This document shows, one piece after another, positions 8,790-16,359 of a stretch of 64,000 bases of DNA. Each line of letters opens with the position of its first letter. Positions within the stretch are counted from its first letter, which is position 1. The notes below the pieces were generated by a model that was not told the origin of the DNA, searched no databases, and saw nothing but the letters and a program-made list of their open reading frames with translations. Source of the stretch: an uncultured Candidatus Poseidoniales archaeon (lineage in GTDB: Archaea; Thermoplasmatota; Poseidoniia; Poseidoniales; CAYMED01); NCBI GenBank assembly GCA_964389655.1, contig CAYMED010000009.1, forward strand, positions 1 to 64,000. The letters run 5' to 3'. Made by a program: the position numbers and the translations under genes.

Positions 8790-9623
8790 ATGGCTCGCCG
8801 AACGTATTCCGGTTTACCCGAGGGGGATGACTCTCGTTCGGAAAAAGAAGAACATCTCGATCGGCGAGGTTTCATGAAATATGGATTAACGGCCGCGACA
8901 GGTGTATTCGCAGCTAGCCTTGGTGCCATAGGTTATGCATCGATCCTCATGCCAGGAGGAGGAGGAGGCGCAGGAGACTTGGCCGTGAAATATTGGGTCC
9001 CAAAAGGTCAAGAAGATTCGGCATGGTATGCGAGTAAGCACGACACTCCAATGCTCGTTAGTGAACTTGAGAATGAAGCAGCATCTACAGTTACTGGAAT
9101 GGCTGGAGCACAGGGTGTTTGGAATGGACTCCCCGTAAATGTCGTCTATGTACCAGATACCAAGCACTCAGGCACGCCAGTCAAGGATAACAAGCCCAGA
9201 TTTCAATATCTCGAAGGAAGCGATGCATCCGGAAAAGTCATCGGGCATGGGGAAGATGTTCGAGACGATCCTGCCGCACCTCACGACAATCTCGCAGTCA
9301 TCTTCAGCCGGTGCCCACATTTGTGCTGCATTCCCGGATGGAGGTTGGTATCTAATGATTTCACAAATGATACTTGGGCCAGTGGAGGAACGGACTCAGG
9401 AGGCTGCAAATTGTTCTGCATTTGCCATTCATCCCGGTTTGACCCCACAGTAGTCGAAATAAATCGAAATCGAACCAGTAGTGGGTCACAGGTTGACTAT
9501 ATCGGGATCCGAAGAGTAGGGGGCCCTGCACCCGTGGGTATGCCATTCATACCGTTCGATATAGAAAGTGACATGATTGTCGGTAGAACAGATCATCTGG
9601 AGTGGTATACGTTCTGTGATTGA
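8790..9623 (+). CDS. petC: Rieske [2Fe-2S] subunit of Rieske/cytochrome b complex
   Basis: Tat motif DRRGFMK plus TM, Gly hinge, box1 CPHLCC, box2 CICHSSRFD, GPAP; likely start 8790. Confidence 0.92.
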   Translation: MARRTYSGLPEGDDSRSEKEEHLDRRGFMKYGLTAATGVFAASLGAIGYASILMPGGGGGAGDLAVKYWVPKGQEDSAWYASKHDTPMLVSELENEAASTVTGMAGAQGVWNGLPVNVVYVPDTKHSGTPVKDNKPRFQYLEGSDASGKVIGHGEDVRDDPAAPHDNLAVIFSRCPHLCCIPGWRLVSNDFTNDTWASGGTDSGGCKLFCICHSSRFDPTVVEINRNRTSSGSQVDYIGIRRVGGPAPVGMPFIPFDIESDMIVGRTDHLEWYTFCD

Positions 9624-9635
9624 GGAGAGAATAGC

Positions 9636-10502
9636 ATGGAATTCTTATTTGTCACTCTTTGGATATTCGTTGCTTTAATATCAATTATTATCGCATTTAC
9701 GTTACGCAAAGAGCGAGAAGATGCGCCAAGAAAAGACATCTTGCGTGCAGTAGAAAGTTCCGGGAAAATGGGATTAGCAGAGCGCTCATTCTTGTGGGTA
9801 TTCAGCTGGCTCGATACCCGCTTTCGTATTCAGGATTATTGGGCAATGAGCAGAGACGCATATCACAGCGTCCACCGCCAGATGCCGCTCACCCATGCTG
9901 AGAAGTACAAATTACGGATCATTTGGTACTGGTACCCCCTCTACTGTCTTGGAGGGATCTCATTTCTTGCCTTCATTATCCTTGTTATTACGGGAACAAT
10001 CCTCGGCATCTACTATGTGCCAAGTGGCATAGGTGATCCAAGCCCCGCCTACCAAAGTATGGAGTATATCATGACTGGATTGCCATTTGGTTACATCATC
10101 CGGTCCCTACATCACTGGGCTACCCACTTTATGGTCGCGAGTGTATTCCTACACATGTGTCGAGTGTACTTTACAGGTGCCTACAGGAACCCAAGAGAAC
10201 TGAACTGGATTATCGGGGTGATCCTGATGGCACTCACAATTCTATTTGGATACAGCGGCTACATCCTGCCATGGGATGCACTGGCATTTGGTGCAGCAAC
10301 AATCGGCATTAACATGGCCAAGTCAACGCCATTAATTGGCCCTCAAGCAGCGACATTGCTATTTGGAGGCACTTCACTATCAGGACAAACAGTCACAAGG
10401 CTATACTTCATTCATGTATTCATATTGCCAGTTGTTGTAACATCACTTTTTCTGATCCATCTATTTATTGTCTGGGTACAGGGGATTGCAGAGCCGCATT
10501 GA
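9636..10502 (+). CDS. petB: Cytochrome b6-like (split cytochrome b, N-terminal part)
   Basis: YCLGGIS, RSLHHWATHFMVASVFLHMCRVYFTGAYRNPRELNW, GYILPWD, FIH...IH, GIAEPH; GAGGAG RBS. Confidence 0.95.
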   Translation: MEFLFVTLWIFVALISIIIAFTLRKEREDAPRKDILRAVESSGKMGLAERSFLWVFSWLDTRFRIQDYWAMSRDAYHSVHRQMPLTHAEKYKLRIIWYWYPLYCLGGISFLAFIILVITGTILGIYYVPSGIGDPSPAYQSMEYIMTGLPFGYIIRSLHHWATHFMVASVFLHMCRVYFTGAYRNPRELNWIIGVILMALTILFGYSGYILPWDALAFGAATIGINMAKSTPLIGPQAATLLFGGTSLSGQTVTRLYFIHVFILPVVVTSLFLIHLFIVWVQGIAEPH

Positions 10503-10517
10503 TCAGGAGGGTTAGAC

Positions 10518-13500
10518 ATGGGAATTATCGATCGATTTGGCGCTGTTGCAGACACTTACATGCGGGAAAAGGAAAAACTAGTTTCATCCGATAATGAACG
10601 AAAAAGGACATTTATAGGGCAGCCATTTTGGCCAACTGAAACATTGCGAGACTCCCTAGTATTTCTCGCCATGCTATTTGTTCTCTGTATTTATTCATGG
10701 ATCATACCACCCCCACTCCATAATGCCGCAGACCCCTTTGCACAAGCAGGGTTCGTGTTTCCTGACTGGTATGTCCTCTTTTCATACGGATATCTGCGAT
10801 GGGCAGAATATCTTCCGCAATTTATGGTCCCCCTAGGACCAATTGGATCCTTTTTTGGGCAGCCAGTATTTCCATGGAATGCCGCATGGTGGGGCAGCCT
10901 ACTCACAGGCATTCCAATCGGATTTTTGATCCTCCCACCCCTCCTAGGAGGAAGGGAGGCTAGAGGAGTTGAGAATCCTTGGGCTGCAACACTCGGGATG
11001 ATCTATTTAGCGCACATATGGTTTATTTCGGTATTTTCTATCAACATCTTCCTCGACCTATATGGAAAAAACACGGCAAATTCATGCCAGCTTGATAGCC
11101 ATAGTGGCCTTTCCTGCGGCGTTCGCCCTCCTTGGACTGCAGAAGTATTCAACGCAATCCCCTGGGTTATGACTGGAATTCTAATTTGGATCGCATTGTA
11201 TTTCTTAGTCAGATGGTTCCTAATATCTAGCATCGGCGTGCAAACAACTCCAAAACTCGGCAAACGACTCTCACTAGGATCTCTCCTGATTGCTGTCGTC
11301 ATTTGCGCATCAACATGGCCAATCTACGAAGGAGGATTTTGGGATTATGGAGGGCTTGGTGCAATGGAAGACATCGACGAATTGGAAAAAATGAGGGGCC
11401 AACCATCTGACGTAGTATTACAGGACAATACCGATTTTGGAAAAAAAGGAGAAATTGTCCCAGCAGCAAATTGGCTTCAATGGTCCACGTACCAGCCTAC
11501 GCGCAGTACGATTTTCGATTTTGCAGGGGTAAATGGGAATCAAGATAGCAACTCACAAGTAAATGCGGTTAGTGACAGCACAGATATCGACTCACAGCAC
11601 CTTATTTGGAGTGTTACTCCTGTTGGAGGAAATGAGGTTGTAGCCGAAGGAATTGAAAGGTCATCGGGCACGGATACGAACATACCGGCTCTTTCAGCAG
11701 GGCAATACATACTTAGCGCCACATTACGTGATCCAATTTCCAATGGTATCCTCGATCAGCGAACGCGCATGCTTACCATCGTGGATTCCTTGCCGGGCAC
11801 CAAAACTGTGCTTTGGCCAGACCTTGCTGCACTTACACCTACAGGTGGGCTAAATGCAGTTGGAAGCATTGAAGTCAACTATGCTGTGCAGAACATGGCC
11901 CCGGGAATCGCTCATCAAATGCGCTGGTCAGTAGAAGATTCTGACGGCAAGATATTACGCACCATAAGTGGCTCATCAACGAGTGAGATGAGTGGCCATG
12001 TTGAATTAGGAATGCCAGATGAAAGTGGAAGCGTCAGCGGCAAGATTACACTGACCAACTTGCCAGGGGAAGATTTACAATTTACTGCAATCATTGAGCG
12101 CAGTGGTTTGGAAATTGATCAAAGCGAGATGGCTTTGAACTTAGGGCCACATCCAGATGCCAGTGGACTTTCCACCCATGTTGGAAAGGTGAATGAAAAC
12201 TGGTCAGCACGTATTGCAGTAGATCCACCTGCAGAAGCAACCAACGTGCATTTGCGAGTGCATCACATTGATCCACATGGGACCAACAGTACGCTTCTCG
12301 ACAGCAACCTCCCAACTTCAACTGCAGTTCAATTGCCGTTCGACTTAGGGTCCAAACTAGCACCGGGAAATCACGCCATAATAGCTACTTTGAGTGATCG
12401 GAATGGAACAACGATTCATGGGTCGGAAGATTGGTTCTTGATCTCCCATCCAAGATTGAGCCCCACAATTTCACTTTCATTACCAGTTGCCGTACATGCC
12501 ATTGAACCAATCACTGGAATTGATGATGCGTCTCAAATTCAAGCCATTGCTGACATCACCTCACTAAGCCCTGGTACGCAACACACGCTCAAATGGAGCG
12601 TCACCAACCAAGCAGGAGAAGAAGGCGCATCTGGAATCTCCAATTTCACCCCAACAGGCGACTCGGATTCAGTTGTAATTGAAATCGAAAATCTAAGTGC
12701 TGGAGAGCACACTCTTAATGCAACCTTGCAGACTTCTGAAAATCAAAATATTGATCACACAACTTTAGTCATTCACATCGCATCACCGAGTGAATCAACA
12801 TGGATTTCTGTTTTCACAGGAAATTCAAGACATTTTGCAGACCAACCAATCCCATTGATCATCGAGGGCTGGGCTTTACCAAGCACCGAGAGAAATACGG
12901 TGATCTCAGGTCAATTCACAGTTACTGACACTGGCGTTGTAGACCAAGTCCCCGTTGATGTTGAATGCATAATACGGAATAGCATACGAAATGGTGCAGA
13001 CCACACATTACTCATGACGATCTCAGATGGGTCAAACATACTCCATAGCGTAAATTCGTGTAATTCTGAAATGATCGAGTTAAGGGTCGGCCAAACCTAC
13101 GCATATGAACTCAACATATCGACTACAATTTCACCAGGAGTGCATGCCTCCGCAACTACGATCATCAAGGCATACCAGCCCCTTAGGCTGTACACTGCAG
13201 ACGGCCCATTGAAGGGCATGTCAGTCGATTTAGGAAACGCCTCAGAACATTCACTAATGGGTTGTGCCGGTGATCTTGATACTTGCTCAGAACAAATCAG
13301 CAATATTGGTTTCCATAAAAACCCAAAAAGTTTGGATGCAAAACTCATCTATACAATGTTCATCCCACCTTTAGCTCTAGGTGCCATGGTTTGGGCACTG
13401 ATGCGTCGCATGGCACATGGATACGAGTACGAGATGAACAAGTGTTACGGCTGTGACCTTTGCGATGATGCGTGCCCTGTGCGTTTATTCACAGGTGGCG

Positions 13501-14522
13501 ACAAACTCAACATCATCTACAACACATGGAACAATGAGGATGATGGAGTTCCAATGTATTCGTGTTTGACATGTGGTGCTTGCACAAATGTATGCCCTCA
13601 ACTTGTAGATTATGACTCCTATGTCGACATTCGAAGGAACCTCATGGTTGGAGGACCTCCCCCCACAGAAATTGCCCACAGTGTTCTCCAAGCCGTGCTT
13701 GCAGCAGAAGCCGAAGAAGAGGAAGATGATGCGTTCCTCACCTTGGAGGAAGCTGGCATCTCTTCTTCGGTCGGCTATTATCCCGGCTGTGTTGACTATC
13801 TTGACCAAGAAATGGTATTTAGTCACTTAAATGAGGGAACTATGAATTTGGGCGAAACCACCGATGCTGCATTCTCGCTGTTTGATCAAGTTGGGGCTGA
13901 TGTAGCATATCTTGGGCGGGATCTCCTAAAATGCTGTGGCCATGATCAAAAATGGCAAGGAATGACCGAAGTCTACGAGAAGCTCAAGGCCTATAACGAG
14001 AAGAAAATATCAGCTAGCGGACTTGAAACATTAGTCACTTCTTGCGCAGAGTGTTTCAGAACGTTTGCCCGAGATTATGAACTTGATCTGAAGGTAATGC
14101 ACACAACAGAATTTCTTTCAGAAGCCGGACTGGACATCAAATCCACCCTTCAAGACCCAATAAAAGTCACATATCACGACCCATGTAGATTGGGAAGGCA
14201 GATGGGCGTCTACGATACGCCCCGTGATCTTGTACGAAACGTTGATGGAGTTGAGCTCGTAGAAATGGAGCATTCTAGGGAAGAAGCGATGTGTTGTGGA
14301 GTATCTAGCATGATGTCTTGCAATGAAGATAGTCGAGCATTACGAGTATCTCGATTTGAAGAAGTAAGGCAGACGGGTGCAGAGGTCATGCTGACATCAT
14401 GTCCAAAGTGCGTGAGCCACTTTGAGTGCCTCAAATTTGAGGGAGATCCAGATCATGACATTGAGATCCTTGATGTAGTAAGTTTCCTAGCACGCCAGAT
14501 TAGTGAAAAGCAGCAGACTTGA
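10518..14522 (+). CDS. Fusion: cytochrome b6f subunit IV (PetD-like) + extracellular Ig-like stalk + HdrC/HdrD-like Fe-S/CCG oxidoreductase
   Basis: PFWP and PDWY (Qo motif, residue 82); 5 TMs; ~670-aa beta-rich region; TM at ~943; CYGCDLCDDACP and CLTCGACTNVCP; two CCG domains (YYPGC/KCCG/SCAEC and YHDPC/MCCG/SCPKC); one continuous ORF with AGGAGG RBS. Confidence 0.9.
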   Translation: MGIIDRFGAVADTYMREKEKLVSSDNERKRTFIGQPFWPTETLRDSLVFLAMLFVLCIYSWIIPPPLHNAADPFAQAGFVFPDWYVLFSYGYLRWAEYLPQFMVPLGPIGSFFGQPVFPWNAAWWGSLLTGIPIGFLILPPLLGGREARGVENPWAATLGMIYLAHIWFISVFSINIFLDLYGKNTANSCQLDSHSGLSCGVRPPWTAEVFNAIPWVMTGILIWIALYFLVRWFLISSIGVQTTPKLGKRLSLGSLLIAVVICASTWPIYEGGFWDYGGLGAMEDIDELEKMRGQPSDVVLQDNTDFGKKGEIVPAANWLQWSTYQPTRSTIFDFAGVNGNQDSNSQVNAVSDSTDIDSQHLIWSVTPVGGNEVVAEGIERSSGTDTNIPALSAGQYILSATLRDPISNGILDQRTRMLTIVDSLPGTKTVLWPDLAALTPTGGLNAVGSIEVNYAVQNMAPGIAHQMRWSVEDSDGKILRTISGSSTSEMSGHVELGMPDESGSVSGKITLTNLPGEDLQFTAIIERSGLEIDQSEMALNLGPHPDASGLSTHVGKVNENWSARIAVDPPAEATNVHLRVHHIDPHGTNSTLLDSNLPTSTAVQLPFDLGSKLAPGNHAIIATLSDRNGTTIHGSEDWFLISHPRLSPTISLSLPVAVHAIEPITGIDDASQIQAIADITSLSPGTQHTLKWSVTNQAGEEGASGISNFTPTGDSDSVVIEIENLSAGEHTLNATLQTSENQNIDHTTLVIHIASPSESTWISVFTGNSRHFADQPIPLIIEGWALPSTERNTVISGQFTVTDTGVVDQVPVDVECIIRNSIRNGADHTLLMTISDGSNILHSVNSCNSEMIELRVGQTYAYELNISTTISPGVHASATTIIKAYQPLRLYTADGPLKGMSVDLGNASEHSLMGCAGDLDTCSEQISNIGFHKNPKSLDAKLIYTMFIPPLALGAMVWALMRRMAHGYEYEMNKCYGCDLCDDACPVRLFTGGDKLNIIYNTWNNEDDGVPMYSCLTCGACTNVCPQLVDYDSYVDIRRNLMVGGPPPTEIAHSVLQAVLAAEAEEEEDDAFLTLEEAGISSSVGYYPGCVDYLDQEMVFSHLNEGTMNLGETTDAAFSLFDQVGADVAYLGRDLLKCCGHDQKWQGMTEVYEKLKAYNEKKISASGLETLVTSCAECFRTFARDYELDLKVMHTTEFLSEAGLDIKSTLQDPIKVTYHDPCRLGRQMGVYDTPRDLVRNVDGVELVEMEHSREEAMCCGVSSMMSCNEDSRALRVSRFEEVRQTGAEVMLTSCPKCVSHFECLKFEGDPDHDIEILDVVSFLARQISEKQQT

Positions 14523-14549
14523 GAAGCACAACCCTCTGCCACATTCATT

Positions 14550-14879
14550 ATGCCACCTGTCGACCTCACACTTCGTCGGGAAAAGGAACGTGAGAAGATC
14601 AAGCATCAGCTATCCTCCGCTCATGAGGCTAGATTTGAGAGCATCGAAGGTGGTGAGGGTCGTGTGGCATTTGTTGACCGTGACGGATGTATTGGATGTG
14701 ATCAATGCACAATCGTTTGTGACGATAAGGCCATAGAAATGTACGATGCACCATTAGCATCTCCTATCCTAGAGACAAAATCAAATAGAAAAGCAAAAAT
14801 CATCCGAGATGCGTGCACAGGTTGCCGACTTTGCATACTAGCTTGCCCAACAGATGCAATCACGATGATCGATCGGTAA
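14550..14879 (+). CDS. 2x[4Fe-4S] ferredoxin
   Basis: CIGCDQCTIVC and CTGCRLCILACP motifs. Confidence 0.93.
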   Translation: MPPVDLTLRREKEREKIKHQLSSAHEARFESIEGGEGRVAFVDRDGCIGCDQCTIVCDDKAIEMYDAPLASPILETKSNRKAKIIRDACTGCRLCILACPTDAITMIDR

Positions 14880-14888
14880 GGAAACATT

Positions 14889-15167
14889 ATGTCTGAATCT
14901 TCGTCAACCAAGCCGCCCATACGCTTTGGAGCAGAATTTGGGCCTGCTCGTAGCCCGACAACCCAGGGAGTTGGACTTTCAACATTCAAAGCGATGGTTT
15001 GGATGAGTAACATCGGTGGGCTTCTATTGGTTGTTATCGCTCTTGAAATGATGGTGGTTCAAGGGAGGTTCGGGTGGGGCTTAACAATGCTCATAGCAGG
15101 AGTTGCAATTGCATTATTTCCATCCCAATTCGAGATCGTTGGCATGGAAGTTGATGAGGATGAATAA
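14889..15167 (+). CDS. Small 2-TM membrane protein, last gene of Rieske/cytb operon
   Basis: 9-nt gap after the ferredoxin, AGGA RBS, two hydrophobic helices. Confidence 0.7.
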   Translation: MSESSSTKPPIRFGAEFGPARSPTTQGVGLSTFKAMVWMSNIGGLLLVVIALEMMVVQGRFGWGLTMLIAGVAIALFPSQFEIVGMEVDEDE

Positions 15168-15168
15168 C

Positions 15169-16359
15169 TCATGGCCACTCTAATTCACGAGACATGGCCA
15201 ACATTGCGGATTCGGCTAGGAAATTAGCCAAGGAAGGCATCATGCAACGATTCATTGGGAGAGGGATGAAGCGAGCAGAGGCTGAATTGAGGTTTGATCT
15301 TGCATCTTTGCGGCTGGCCCTGAGGAATATTGCGCGAGGAGAACCAGCACTACAGCACATAACGACTTCTGCAACTTCACCCTCATGCATGAGACGTGTT
15401 GGAATCCCCTCTTGGATAATGAAGTCTTCAACTTTTGAACCTCCTTTGGAATAGGTCAGACGATTCAATTTGCGCTGAGATAATCCGAGGAGGTCTGAAC
15501 CGGAGGTAATAGACAAGATCCCCAATCCATATGTTCCCCTATCATTCTTAACGAATACCGTAGGAGTCTCACTGATGCCTTCAGACTGGTATTTTTCTGC
15601 AATTCTTTCAAGCAACTGATCAGCAAGTGCTGCTACTTCGGACAAGCAACTCGAACGGCTTAAGCATCGGTCCTCAGAAGTCTCCCAAAGTGGGCCTAAG
15701 CGCCACGGATCAATACCCATCAAAGCCCCAAGTTCAGACAGTATGGGATCAAGTATCTGGTGATGGCGAGATTTGCGACGAATATGCCAGCCAAGTGCGA
15801 TAGGTGGGCGGACGGGGATTTGCCCGAAATTCGGGATATTCCCCTCTGACAAATCTGCATTAAGCAAAATCGAATCAACAGAGGACCCATTTGCTAGCAG
15901 TTCACCATTAACTGAATAACTGATTTTAGAGAGGGGGAGTTGTTCATCTGAACCATCTAGTATTTCGAGCTCATCTGGGAAAAAAGGAGATCCTATACTA
16001 ACAACAAATCCTTGTTCCAACAACATGCTCTGCAGTGCAAAGAGGTGATCCACATAATTCGGGTTCCTCGTATGATTTTCAGGTACCAAAAGGAGATGTT
16101 GTCCTGCCGTAATCCGGAGCACGTCTCTCAAGCCACCCCCCAGTGCAGCGTGATCATTTGGATGGATGTTGTTGAAGCCTGAGGGGAAAGCATTGGTATC
16201 AACAATCCCCATTTTCCAGCCAGCATCCCTCAGATCTACACTCCCGTAAATGGGATGCCTCTGAGAACCCCATAGGTCATCAAAATAAGATCGAGCAGCC
16301 AATATTTGTCTTCGACCTAAAATTAATTCAGAATGTATCGGTTCTAAAAAATCAGTCAT
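15169..16359 (-). CDS. gshA: Glutamate--cysteine ligase (proteobacterial ATP-grasp-like GshA family)
   Basis: PIYGSVDLRDAGWK..VDTNAFPSGFNN, PENHTRNPNY, GWHIRRKSRH, VKNDRGTYGLGI, IIQEGIPT. Confidence 0.85.
   Translation of the reverse strand: MTDFLEPIHSELILGRRQILAARSYFDDLWGSQRHPIYGSVDLRDAGWKMGIVDTNAFPSGFNNIHPNDHAALGGGLRDVLRITAGQHLLLVPENHTRNPNYVDHLFALQSMLLEQGFVVSIGSPFFPDELEILDGSDEQLPLSKISYSVNGELLANGSSVDSILLNADLSEGNIPNFGQIPVRPPIALGWHIRRKSRHHQILDPILSELGALMGIDPWRLGPLWETSEDRCLSRSSCLSEVAALADQLLERIAEKYQSEGISETPTVFVKNDRGTYGLGILSITSGSDLLGLSQRKLNRLTYSKGGSKVEDFIIQEGIPTRLMHEGEVAEVVMCCSAGSPRAIFLRASRKDARSNLNSASARFIPLPMNRCMMPSLANFLAESAMLAMSRELEWP

Noticed and set aside
10518-14522. c-type cytochrome domain within the fusion, or evidence of methanogenesis from the Hdr-like part
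   Set aside because: No CxxCH found; CCG domains are widespread outside methanogens and no mcr/mtr genes are present here.
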